A stretch of 64,000 nucleotides of DNA. It comes from Azolla caroliniana (lineage: Eukaryota > Plantae > Polypodiophyta). The stretch spans positions 9,052,001 through 9,116,000 of the forward strand of contig JBHGNT010000008.1 in the NCBI GenBank assembly GCA_043228905.1, in the 5' to 3' direction. Below are positions 33,878-45,543 of the stretch, in pieces (within the stretch, counting starts at the first letter, position 1; each line of letters starts with the position of its first letter). Under the pieces are notes generated by a model. The model was given only the letters and a program-made list of their open reading frames with translations, was not told the origin of the DNA and did no database searches. A program made the translations under genes and the position numbers.

Positions 33878-36814
33878 ATGACTAGGCCAACAGACGACCC
33901 ACTTATGGAGAGAGCACGAAGACTTGCTAAACGGCGAAGGCGACGGGAGGCTTTCCAGCAAGCAGCGGAAGAAATCCGATCGGATCGATCATTTTCCAAA
34001 GTGATCCGGAAAGCGGCAGAGGAGTCGTTCCGTCTGCAACAAAACGCCTACCCGGACGAAGGAAGCAGCTTAAGCAGCCTCCGGGAAGCGGAATCCCTTC
34101 TCCAAGCCTTGGCCGGAAGAGACGGCGAATCCGAAGCATTTTCAGCGCTGGAATCGGATTCAGAAGGGGGTTATAGCACAAACACGAACTATAGCAGCAG
34201 TAATGACACCCCAAGAGGACCGAAGGACGAGGAGTCGGATACATTACCGACACCGGAACCAGAGTTGTCAAACTAGGAACCCCCGGCACTAGACGTGGAG
34301 CAACCTCCGGAGACGAAAGAAGACAAAGAAAGACCTCAAGCAGCCAACCGGACTAGAGCCCCGCAGTTACCACAAGTCCTCCACCGGGTACAGGAAACAA
34401 TGCCGAATCTAGCAACACCCGGAAAGCATATTGCTATTACTGCCGGCAAGAAGGACATAAGTAATCAATGTCCGGCAAAGAGCTATGATACGCGACCGGC
34501 AGTAAACATGGTAGTCGCCGAAGTCGCAGACCTGCAGCAGGTCACCACAAGGTCGAAGGGCAAGACGACGGAATGGGAGACACAAGAGGCCATCCAGAAG
34601 CAGGCAACGGAATGGGTGAAAAAGGCAAATGAGCGAAACGTAGCAAAACTTGTGCAACAAAAGGAGAACACCGAAGAGCTCGCCGGCAGCAGTCAGACCG
34701 AAAATGCGACATGGCAGGCATTGTAGGAGTGCCAAATCACGTTGCCATTAGGACGGCTCCTCCAACTAGTGCCCAGATTCACAGAAGGACTCAAGACAGG
34801 CATGACGGCAGGAGAAACACCACCAGCACCCACATTCTTCTCAAATCCGAAGGAGGGACCGACGGTGGTAGACACAAACAGTCTGGCGATCACAGCCATC
34901 GTGAAGGGAAAGGAGTTACCCGGAACAGTAATAGATGGAGGATCCGGCATCAATGTGATTAGCCTCCGAACATGCACAACCTTGGGAATCCAAGAGTGGG
35001 AACCATGCCCGTTCTGGCTACGGATGGCGGATACAAGCTCAGTGCGACCGACTGGCTTGATACGAGATTTGGAAGTAACAATCGACGGCCACACATTTCG
35101 CATCTCAGTAGTAGTGCTACAATTACAAGCACAAGGAGCTTACCCGCTATTGTTGGGGCGGTCGTGGCTAAAAACGGCGCACATTAAACAAAACTGGAGA
35201 AAGAATATAATCACCTTCCGGCGGGGAAGAAAGTTTTCCTTCCATGTAGATCATTCGGCACTCCTCTACCTAGTGTCCAAAGCGTCACTTACTGGTAAGT
35301 TGGCCCGGTGGACTTTGCTATTACAGGAATTCGAATTCGAGATATTCCACCGACCCGGCATACAACATGCGGTAGCAGATTATTTAAGCCGGTTAGATTA
35401 CGGCGAAACCGGCGACGGAGTACCGGACAAGTTTCCGGATGCTGAGTTATTTCGAGTCACTGCAGAAACGGCAACAGATGAAACAGTGGCACCAGAAGAT
35501 AAGTGGCTAACTAATATACACCAATTTTTGAGCACCGGATTGCCTCCGGAGGAGATGAACCGGGACGAGAGGAAATGCCTGGCAATACAAAGCTGGCACT
35601 TCTGTTTATTACGAGACACGTTATACCACAAAGGTGTGGGCAGTATATGGCGACGAGCGGTGTGCAACGACGAGAAAGAGGTAATACTACGGGAAGCACA
35701 CTACGGAGTCGCCAGAGGCCATTATGCCGGGGATGCTACGGCAAGGAAGATATGGCAAAGTGGCCTATGGTGGCCGATTACATTGAAAGACGCAGTCCGG
35801 TACGCGAAAGAGTGTGATCTATGCTAGCAAATGGGCCAGCCAACGGAACAAGCTAGGATGCCGCACCAACCAGTACTACCGCTAGAACCATTTCAGAAAT
35901 GGGGATTGGATTTTGTCGGACCATTTAAACCACCGGCAATGAGAACCGGCAACCAGTACGTGATCGTCGCAACAGATTACTGCACTAAGTGGGTGGAAGT
36001 GAAAGCCCTACGAGACAACACCGCGGCGTCAACGACAGATTAGCGGAGTCAACAAACAAAACGCTACAGAATATCCCGCGCAAGATCGTCAATGAGAATC
36101 GGACAGATTGGGACACGAAGCTGCACAGTGCGCTCTGGGCTTATCGGATAGCGTACAAAACAAGCATCCGAACAACGTCGTTCCGGTTAGCATTCGGATT
36201 AGAGGCAGTCATGCCGGTCGAGTTCCAAGTACCGATCTTATAGATCCAGATTCGGGAACGACTTAATGAAAAGGAATCGGAAGCAATTCGGTTAAAGGCT
36301 CTGTGTGAACTAGAAGAACACCGACTGGTGAGCATCATGCACCTAGAATTGGAACAACGGCGACGAAAAGCGTTTGTAGATCAGCACCGAAAAAGGAAAC
36401 GAAAAGATGTTCGAAATCGGCAAGTCGGTACTAGTGTTCCAGACCCGGATGGGTAAAATGCCAGGCAAACTACGGTTTAGATGGACCAGACCGTACTGGA
36501 TCACACGCGGGTTCAATGGGTCTTACCAGTTAGGGACACTTGCCGACGAGGTGCTGGATAAATGGGTCAACGGATTTAGACTAAAGCCATACAAAGGACC
36601 TATGCCCAAGAACCCATTTGAACGAAGGGCCGACACCGAATCGGACGCCGGCAGGCCAACCAAGACGGCAACCTATGAGGAAAACGGCTACCACCAAGCC
36701 GGTAAGGAGGAGCACGAGCCGGCAACCGGGGAGAGCAAAATGACGGCAAACCGTCACGATGCCAGGAAGATTCTTCATTCGAGTAAGGGTCCGTTAGGAC
36801 CGGAGAAAAATTAA
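33878..36814 (+). pseudogene. F residual gag-PR-(RT/RH deleted)-IN
   Basis: The protease (VIDGGSG) is fused in frame to the RNase H tail at IITFRRG|RKFSFHVDH (about 35225). The integrase has an internal deletion near 36040. Confidence 0.88.
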
Positions 36815-36939
36815 CCACACATAAAATAAAATAAAATAATAAAAAATCGAATGGAATCAAAGAAATCATGCAAAGGAGTGATGGAAACGGCCATGCAAAC
36901 GAGGAGTAAAGAGGTACTTCGAAAAGGTACGAGGAGGCT

Positions 36940-39929
36940 ATGAATAGGGCATTAAAACACCGCCACATGGCACGTAATGCTATTATAGTACACGACCTGC
37001 ACACGAATAGGCTCGAAAAAGGCGCCAAGATACAGAGAGAAAAACCCCCACGCATCGAAACCTTCTCCTTTCGCGAACCAAGGAGAACAGACGCAGACAG
37101 ACGCGTGAAGATCAATCGAAGAGAGCTCGCGCACAAAGAACCCCCTCACTCAAAACTTTCTCTCTCACACTCTCACCACCATCAAACCTCCCCAACGCTC
37201 TCTGACCTCGACGCAGAGATGGACTACCAAACACTGTCTGAAGCCGCCAAGAAATGGCTACGGCAACACGGACTGGAGGGTTTCTTGACGATCATGGAAA
37301 CGACGCCACACAAGGAGGCCGAAACGATTATCAAAGAAATCGACACAGAGTTGATCACGGAGGAGGCGATCCGTGCGTTAACAGGCCTTCCGGAGGGGGG
37401 CATCTACACGATCGACAATCCTACCTCCCAGCAGCACATCAAATATTTCGGTGAGTATTCTCTCGTCAGCAAGGGCTACAGGACACAGGGCGGCGAAGAT
37501 ATGTTATTCCGCGAAATTGCCCGTGTACTCCATGAGTTCGGCCACGTATACCCTCGACCCCCCGTTATGCCTCAAAACCGAGTAGGCTTGATTATCGCAA
37601 CGTACAAAGGGGTCAAGGTGGATTGGCCGGTGCTAATCACCGACGGATTGTGCGCGGCCATTGATACCGTAAGAGGTAAGGAAGGCAAAGAAGGCCGGAA
37701 AATATGGCATGCGGTGACGCAATGGCTCACCCTATTGGCGCCACCTGTCAAGCCCGTCCAGACCAAGAAATGGGGAAGAGTACCCGATAGCACCCCGAGA
37801 GCTGCTTCAAAACGGCAACAGTTGTTGGCCTCCAAGGCCACTAAGGGGAAGATGGCCGACGCAGAGAAGGCAGCAAAGGAGCGCCCCAGCCGGAAGCGGC
37901 CGACGGACATGCACAAGGAGACACCGGCACGGCCACTGAAGAGTCCACTCCACCGACCGGTGCAGCAAGAAACGGACACCTTGGCGGCAAGAATGAATGC
38001 CAAGACTCAGGAGGAGGAAACGCAGGAGGAGCCTACGGAGCACCTCCAGCGACGGCCGGTGAAGAGGACCGCAGAATCAGTCGAGAAGCGTTCGGACCCA
38101 CAGAAGGATGGAACGCCCGCAACCCACACTGAGACTCCCACGCCAAGGGAGGCACCAGAACCGGTCACAGAAGTCCCTGCACAACAAGCAGCACCGGCAA
38201 GCCCTGTAACTCAAGAGCCGGTTATACAAATGCCAACCTCCTCAGCTGGCCAAGAACAAGCAGAACAAGTGCGGCTAGCCGAAACACAACCGGAACCTGA
38301 ACAGCAAAGTGGTCAGCAGGTAGAGCTGGAATTGCCGCTCGACGCAAAAAGGCGGGGACAGCCACCAGCAAGTGAACCCATCAGCCAACCCGCCGTGCAG
38401 ACGCAACAATAGGGCACCGGCAGCCAATGGCTCCGGTGGATAGGAGAACAAATTGCCGGAGTAGTCGGATACGTCGAGGCGGAAGAACGAGTGCAAATGG
38501 AACGGTTGCTAGTCACAATCGATGAACTAGAGACGACCCGGTCAAGGATCTGGTGCCTCGAACAAGACTTGGATCGGGTCACAGAAGACATGGCCAAAAT
38601 GGCCTTAACCGCAACACTGATCCAAGCACCGGTGACTCTGGTGGATGTACATACGGATAAGACCCCGGAGACAGAAAATGTTCCTGAGAAAGATGCGGCG
38701 CAAGCCCAAGAGCTTGCCGACTTAAGAGACGAACTTGCCGCACAAGAAGCATTACGGAGCCATGAACGCGACTTGAAGAAGGCGGCCGAAGAAGAATTAA
38801 AGAAGACTACTGAGAAACTTCGCCGGGCAGAGGAAAACCTGCGTAAAGGACATCAAGCTTACGACCAGCTAAAGGAGGAAAAAGAGAAATTGTTGCAGGA
38901 GAAAGACAAGCTGTGACGGATGGCGGAGATGGAAATCAAAAGGCTGAAGGAAGAACCCCGTCAACAAAAGGACCGAGAGGACCGCGCGCGCCGACAAATC
39001 AACCAGAGGCTGAAGCAGAAGACCGATGATTTTGATCATCTGCACCGGGACTACAAGCAGCTAGAGGCGGAGTATAAGCAACAGCAGGAAAGGATGGCCG
39101 AGCTCCGGCAAGAAGTTGATAGGGCCACAACGGCACTCGCCGACGAAGGAGCTGAGAATTCAAAGCTATTGGAGGAAGCGGCGATGGACCGGATGGAGGT
39201 TCACAAGCAGAACCATGAAGAAAAGGAAAGAGCGACAATGGTGTTACAGAGGTTGCAAACAACCTATCAAAGTCAATTGTCGCATTATAGGGAGCAGGAG
39301 GCGGACACGGTCAGAATCATCAAGCAATTGAAAGAGGAGCGACAAGGCGCGGAGAACAAATCACGGATGGGAACCGAACGGATCCAGTGCATCCTCCGGG
39401 CATGGCTCAACAAGACCAAACGCTTGATTGACGAGAGCTCTATGCAATGGTGGATGAAATGGGCGCAGAATACAGCGGAACTCCAATTGCTCAAGGCGGA
39501 CGTGGAAAACCGGCGGAAGGAAGGTGACGAATGTTATACGCTGACATCGGAGGACTTCACCGCCATAAGGGATGAGCTGGCCGAAGATTTCACAGCCCTG
39601 GCGGATGAACAATTGGTGCAAGTCCGGCAGCTCGTAGCTCAACTGGACGATGATCGGCTGGAGGCTCAAATCCAGTTTGAGAGCTATGAACGGTCCCAGC
39701 TCCGAGAAGAAAAAGCAAGGTGGCAACGGTCAACCTTAGTGATGAGGAACCGTCGCCGGTACAAGGACCAGACGGGGACCAGACCGGAATCAGTCAGCCA
39801 GCGACAACTCCGACGGAGGAGACAACGAAGGAAACGTCGGCGCTAGAGCAACAAACGGAGCAACAGCCCCAAACGGAGAAGGCACAAACAAAGCAGCCAC
39901 AAACGGAACAACAGCCACAACAGCAATAG
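36940..39929 (+). pseudogene. F extra ORF 3' of pol (about 900-1000 aa ancestral; stops at 38410 and 38914, late frameshift)
   Basis: ORFs 36940-38412, 38491-38916 and 38920-39846 are in one frame. The TAG at 38410 is CAG in D. Long heptad-rich E/K/Q/R region. Confidence 0.85.
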
Positions 39930-40045
39930 CCACAGCAACAACAACAGATTCCGGACGAGCCATTGGAAATTCTGGAGCAAAGCATTCTAGACATTTTGGA
40001 CGAAGAGTAGCAGGGCCGGATAATGGGTTCAACGTACAAGGTACT

Positions 40046-40062
40046 GTCCCACGGGCGTGCCA
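40046..40062 (+). promoter_or_regulatory. tRNA-3'-end-like motif at the PPT position of F
   Basis: GTCCCACGGGCGTGCCA-TG-[TGTAACC LTR]. Confidence 0.7.
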
Positions 40063-40505
40063 TGTGTAACCCGGCCAGCAAGAAGGCTTATGGATGTCCA
40101 GACCAGAGTGTGAAAGGAATAGTTTATTCGGGAACTATTGTAATTATTTTATTAATATGGACGGACGGACCGGAATCGGTATGCCGATCCGGATCCAGAC
40201 CAATTCCAAATAGGTGCCGGTTGGCACCGTTTTGTACTTCGCACCGGAGACCTATATAAAGGCCCGGTTACAATGTAATTGACAACGGATAATTAATAGA
40301 ACTTATTGACTTAACCTTTCAGTATTGATTACCGTTCTGTGCTTATTGTATATCTTATGCGTGTTAATGATGTATTGCTAAGTAACCAATTAAGGTCTAA
40401 TTAAGTGTTGTGTTGTAGGTCATCTTGCCGTAACACCCTTTGGTGAAGTGTCTTAAGTGGACACCCTGTGTTACGCTATTGTCCGGCCCTAGGATTAACA
40501 CCGGT

Positions 40506-41454
40506 CTGAGTATTGTCAAAACTGAGATCAGTGAGTCCAAGAGCCATGTGCTCGATTCCTCAGTCGTAAGTAGAACTTCTGATTCGACTGGGTTCTCTAT
40601 GGACAGTATGTTCGGTTCGGTCGTCCAAATTTCGGCTGGAGAGCCGACGTAGTTGACCTCTTCTGATCTGCTCTTTGAGCTTTGTCGGTTTTTGCTTTGA
40701 GTGCCCGACAGTTGGCTTTGATGTGTCCCGGTTTCTTGCATTAATTGCAGATTCAGTTGCCCCGGGACTTGCTCCAGCTTCGCTGATTGTTCAGTGGTCG
40801 GGAAGAACTTCTTCCCCAGTTGTTCGATCGGTCAGTCGAACCTTGTATTACGTAAGCTTCATCTACCGAGTCTTTGGCGAAAGACTTTCTCCAAGCTGCT
40901 TCAGTCAGGATTGCGCTCGTGACTTCGGAGTACTTAACGACAGTTGTTGAAGCATTGCACACGGTTGTAACAAAAGTTTCCCATGAAGAGGGGAGACTAC
41001 TCATGAGTATCATTGCTCTGAGTTCATCCTCGATTGTCGTCCCCTAAGACGAGATTTGGGAGCTTATGCTTTCGTACTCGTTGAGGTGTGCCTGAACCGA
41101 ATCGGATTCTTTCATCCGCAAGTTGTAGAGGCGCAGGATTAGATACATCTTCATTGTGGCAACCTTCTTTTCATAAGTTTCCGACAGAGTTTTCCAAAGT
41201 TCAAACGCTGTCGTGCATGATTGCACTGTGAAGTACCCTAACTCCAACAAGTGCATCCGAATCGTGGCGTGGACGATTCTGTCCAGCTTTAGCCACTCGT
41301 TTGCTTTGTATGCTTCTGGAGGATTTTCATTCTCAATCAGGTCTATCTTACCCTTGACTATGAGATAGTCCTGCATTTGTTCCTTCGAGAAGTTGAAGTT
41401 CGAACCGTCGAACCTCCTTAGACTCATCTCCGATGAGCCGGATGTTGATGCCAT
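40506..41454 (-). pseudogene. Copia Y gag and protease start
   Basis: RRFDGSNFNF.KEQMQDYL, LYNLRMKESDSVQAHLNE, MSSLPSSWETFV, TWLLDS. Confidence 0.88.
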
Positions 41455-42136
41455 CTGCTTCGGTTTCGGTTGGTAAGACTTGGTTCGGAGTTGACTACGA
41501 ACCTTAGTGGGGTGTAGCCGGTTGGCTCACCCGATATCGTTCTAGTCGGTTTTGAACCCGAGTCGGTTTGGTTTCGGATATTTGTAGCTGAATTTGCTCG
41601 GAGTGACTCTGGTAACTTGAGGGACAGAACCGACTGGTCTTCCCGAATGTTGTCGAGTCAAAGTGAGCCCGGTTAGCTTCCGATTGTATGCCAAATACCG
41701 ATCACACGAAACCGATTGTTTGGGCCGATTCTGCTTCGGATGACTGCAACGATGAGAGGGATGGATCCAACTGATCCTCCCGAATGTCGATCAGCCGATT
41801 GAAGCACGAAGTGGTTGTTGCCAGGAGACCAATTTGCAGCGGGTGGTTACAGCAAGCGGATGAATAGTGTCCGGTGACCTATTCGGATGTTGTTTAATCG
41901 AATGAAGCAGGATTGGGCCGGTTATTGCTCAAGGAGCTCCCCTCAAGCGGTTACAATCACAGGAACAGAGTACAACCAACTTGCTTACTCCAATTTGTGA
42001 TTTAACACAGTGAGATGCGAGCTTTTTGTTTTTCTTCTCCCTTCTCTGTTCTTCGAAAGAAAACGAAAACAGAATGTTGTGTTGTACGATGACGGCCGGC
42101 AGCAGGTTGAAGAACCTCCAACGCTCTGATACCAAA

Positions 42137-42445
42137 TGTTGGGGACAAGGCCGTCAATGCGGAAGTGCAGGCAACATTCGTGATGAAGAAGAACCTGTGT
42201 ATGCATGAGCAAGATAGACACAGAGGGAGAGAGAGAGAGAGAGACACACACACACACACACACAAAGGAAACGTTATATTCTAATAGCAACAGTTACAAA
42301 TGACAACCAACCTTCACTAAAGGTTAAACAGGGAAAACCTGTTGAATACGAGTGTATAATGGCCGTATTCACATTGTCCCTTTGGACAGCTCAAGTTTGG
42401 GTCATTTCTGTAAATAGCATAAAGGGCAGTTGCCCTAGGATAGTC
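42137..42445 (-). repeat. 5' LTR of Y, with U3 and TSD inverted (about 42327-42445)
   Basis: 42137-42326 is colinear with 16131-16298. 42340-42445 is the reverse complement of 16318-16423. Confidence 0.88.
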
Positions 42446-43380
42446 GTTTGTAAACTACATTACTCCTGAGCGCTTCACCGAGGTCAGCGCAATCTCTCTG
42501 GGCATGTCCGGTGGCGTCGCACCATATGCACCTCTAATTGGCCGGCGACCGGCGGTCGTACGGCTGACCCTCGTCGCTTCGTCGAGTCTGGGCGATCTGG
42601 AGGTCGCGCACCATCCTTGTTAGTTCTTCGAGTCCTACGCCGCTTGCAGGTCCTGCGACTACGTTTTCCGGGGGTGGGCCTAGCTCAAGCCACCTCCTCG
42701 TTTCTTCCATTCGGGTCGGCGTCGGCTTGGCTCTAGTTTCAACAGTTGGTCCGGCCAGCGAGGACCCATTCTCTTTCCAATCTCGGCGTTTGTCAACCCT
42801 GCTGCATACTTGTTTGACAGTCGTCTAGTCAGTCATGAGACTGTGGTTGGTTTCAAGAAGAAGACCCACGCTTTCCCGGACGCGCGAGTCGAATGACGTA
42901 ACAAAAAATAGGACTTTGCTCGTTTCAAGCACGGTTCGATCCAATCTAGAGAGCCGCACGAACCGTAACTCAAAATCCTGGAGGAGCGCCGAAGCGTTCT
43001 AACCCTTGTCGAGGTTGTTGACCCAATCCATAAAGTCCTTTCTCGATACCCGGAGCGAGACGTCGTAGTTGTACCTTTCGAGAACTTCCTCTACGAATTC
43101 CACCCAATCGCGGCAACCTGCTTGTATTTCGACCATCTCCGCATGGATGTGTGGTGTCACGACCCAGGGAAACCCTGTCAACCGTCTATCCTCAGGTATA
43201 TTCCTCATCTGCATTTCAGATTTGTAGGCCTCTAAGTAACTCGTGGCGTCTTTTCAACTGAACTGGCCTATCTTGTCGACCGTTGCTTCTATGGCCCTGT
43301 CGAGGGCACTCGCGCCCTCGTGAGCGCTAACCAGGCAGTCTACCGCCACCGCCATTGCTTCTGCAAGTTCGCTCCCTCTC
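42446..43380 (-). pseudogene. Gypsy B gag
   Basis: AIEATVDKIGQFS*KDATSYLEAYKSEMQMRNIPEDRRL...DFMDWV. Homologous to the E and H ORF N-termini. Confidence 0.78.
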
Positions 43381-43406
43381 ATTTTCAAATTCCTCTACTA
43401 CCCCTT

Positions 43407-43424
43407 TTCACGGCGGGTTCACCA
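43407..43424 (-). promoter_or_regulatory. PBS of B (tRNA-Trp-like)
   Basis: TGGTGAACCCGCCGTGAA, 17/18 match to the recalled TGGTGAACCCGACGTGAA. Confidence 0.8.
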
Positions 43425-43428
43425 AATA

Positions 43429-44182
43429 TGTTTAGAAAATCCTCGTGGATGCGTAGAAGTTGGGCAAGACCACAGGGGGTCTTGAACCAAGGAATCAAGA
43501 AGTGGGGAGGAAGAGTCTGTGGTTTACGTAATCCATGAGACCGTGGTTAAACAGAGAAGGTTAGGGAAATGAGAGAGAGAGTGTAAGAGGATCGTGTATA
43601 GACACATGCGCAGATAGAGATGTTGAGAACAACTTGCGTTAGGTAGATAAGTTTCTATTAATCAAAACATGCGCGTGGCGATGTGGGTGATTACAACCGG
43701 ATCAGTGCATGTGATAGAGCGTAGAGCTCTACAGTAGTTAGATACAAGATACGTAGGCACGCAGAAGGTTGATCCCCTGGTTGAGAGCACTCGGGCGTCT
43801 GACGCGAGCAGGGGAAGCGCCTTCCAGTGTTCCATCGTAGGACTCCTCGTCTCCACTCCTCTATTTCTTTTCTCCTCTCCTGATGGCATCCCTAAAACAG
43901 TCAAAGGTCGCCCCTTTTATAGCACAAGGAGCGACCGTTACAAAGCATTCATGACCTGTTGCTTTCCCTTCCTAGATTCTTCCCCCTGATTCTCTCTCCT
44001 TGTAACTCTCCCTCCTTACGCGATGTCTGAATCCCTATTAATGCCTTAACTACCTAGTACACCTCTTTCTACTTATTCCTAGTACTTACACTATTTAATT
44101 CTCTAGGGGTGTGCACTCGTGCACACCAGTGTTCCTGTGCGTTTCACATTGTTTCCACCTATGGCCCGGAATCTTCACGACA
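43429..44182 (-). repeat. 5' LTR of B
   Basis: Matches 5404-6155. Ends CACGACA on the plus strand. Confidence 0.93.
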
Positions 44183-44186
44183 CCGT

Positions 44187-44992
44187 GACAAAGGTGCTTT
44201 AGAGGTTCAACATGGCAAACGCAAAGCTAGTTGGGTCAACACTGCCCGTGAACTGCAAGATGTCCAGAAAACAAAGCCCAAGGACGAAGGTAGAGAAGTC
44301 GGATATGATGAAGATACCATATGCATCTGCCATCGGAAGCTTGATGTATGCAATGGTGTGCACCCAGCCGGATATTGCTTATGTTGTAGGAGTAGTCAAT
44401 CGATTCATGATCAATCTAGGAACAGAACACTAGAACGCAGTCAAGTGGATGCTCCGGTACTTGAAAGGCACCTCGAGTACATATGTGCCTCCAGTTTGGC
44501 TCAAGTAAACCCCAACTGGAAGGCTTTACGGATTCGGATATGTCTACTGATGCGGATACAAATCGGTCCACATCCGGATATGTCATGACATATGTAAGGG
44601 GAGCCGTATCGTGGCAGTTGAGGCTGCAGAAGTCCGTTGCATTGTCAACAACAGAACCGGAATATATGGAAACTATGGAAGTCGGCAAGGAAGTAATCTA
44701 GATGAAGGACTTCATCGGAGAGCTAGGGATTCGATAGGAGGAATACAGGCTCTACTGTGACAACCAAAGTGCCATCCACCTTGCTAAGAACACGGCCTAC
44801 CATTCCTGGACCAAGCACATCCAGAGAAGATATCACTGGCTCCGGGAAAAGGTAGAAGATCAAGAGTTCGCATTGACGAAGATCCACATGGAGGAGAACA
44901 GGTCGGATATGCTGACCAAGGTGCTGTCAGTCGACAAACTGGACACGTGTCGGAGACGGATCGGACTAATGAGAAATCCCATGCCGGAGTGA
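44187..44992 (+). pseudogene. Copia A RT C-terminal part and RNase H
   Basis: PYASAIGSLMYAMVCT, GFTDSDMSTD, ALSTTEPEY. Continues from 5403. Confidence 0.9.
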
Positions 44993-45003
44993 AGGGGGAG
45001 TTT

Positions 45004-45538
45004 TGTTGGTAATTTGGTCCCTACGGATGAGATCAGAACGAGCCGAAGGAAGGAACCGGACCGGATGCAGCAACCGGACTGGACCGAAAGATATCCGGAT
45101 GGATCCGGTTCACACCAGATCCAAGGACATATCTGCAAATATATTTCTGGTGTGCTTGTAAAGGCTAGATTTGTAAATATTCTTAAATTCATATAAGTAT
45201 AAATATGACTTAGGGCAATCACTTTGTAAGGCGTTGTTGTTGTTGTTGTTGTTAGTTGTATCATAGTAGTACAGAGAGAGAGAGAGAGAGAGAGAAGTGA
45301 AGCCGCTGCTTGGCGAAGATACAGAGCTCGAGGTCGTTGCCTCAAATTCTCCTGTTGTACCTCCTTTCTCATATAATGATAGTTGGTGTCTGTGGGCTCC
45401 CGTGGTTTTTCCCTATTAGGGCTTTCTACGAAAACATCTTGTGTCGTCTCTTCTGTGTAAGTGTACGAACCTCCATTTTTGTTTTGCACTTTCATAAGGT
45501 TTTTGAGTCTCGGTTGTGGCCGAGCGCTATTCCGCACA
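45004..45538 (+). repeat. 3' LTR of A
   Basis: Preceded by the PPT and followed by TSD AAAAT. Confidence 0.95.
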
Positions 45539-45543
45539 AAAAT

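Larger units (their letters stand above)
33387..40500 (+). mobile_element. Gypsy element F, a deletion derivative of the D family (lacks capsid, RT and most RNase H; keeps the extra ORF; no PPT)
   Basis: 436-bp LTRs 33387-33822 and 40065-40500. TSD CCGGT. PBS TCGCGACCACGA at 33830-33841. tRNA-like motif at 40046-40062. Confidence 0.93.
16131..42445 (-). mobile_element. Copia element Y; host of D, E and F; 5' LTR partly inverted
   Basis: 3' LTR 16131-16423 with PPT GGGGGAG at 16424-16430. 5' LTR from 42137 with PBS TGGTATCAGAGC at 42123-42134. TSD GGTTT at 16126-16130, and inverted (AAACC) at 42335-42339. Confidence 0.9.
5404..44182 (-). mobile_element. Gypsy element B (non-chromovirus, tRNA-Trp primed, 4-bp TSD); host of C, S1 and Y
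   Basis: LTRs 5404-6155 and 43429-44182. TSD ACGT (5400-5403) and CCGT (44183-44186), interrupting A's RT at QEKY|VTKV. PBS 43407-43424, PPT 6156-6166. Order gag-PR-RT-RH-IN on the minus strand. Confidence 0.92.
1631..45538 (+). mobile_element. Copia element A (Tnt1/Tto1 'Tork'-like), interrupted by Gypsy B
   Basis: LTRs 1631-2135 and 45004-45538 (TG...CA). TSD AAAAT at 1626-1630 and 45539-45543. PBS TAGTATCAGAGC at 2139-2150. PPT GAAGGGGGAG at 44991-45000. Confidence 0.95.

Noticed and set aside
36940-39929. Calling the extra ORF an envelope gene or a captured host myosin/SMC-like gene
   Set aside because: No evident signal peptide or transmembrane segment. Coiled-coil composition alone is non-specific, and the ORF sits at the same position in three elements.
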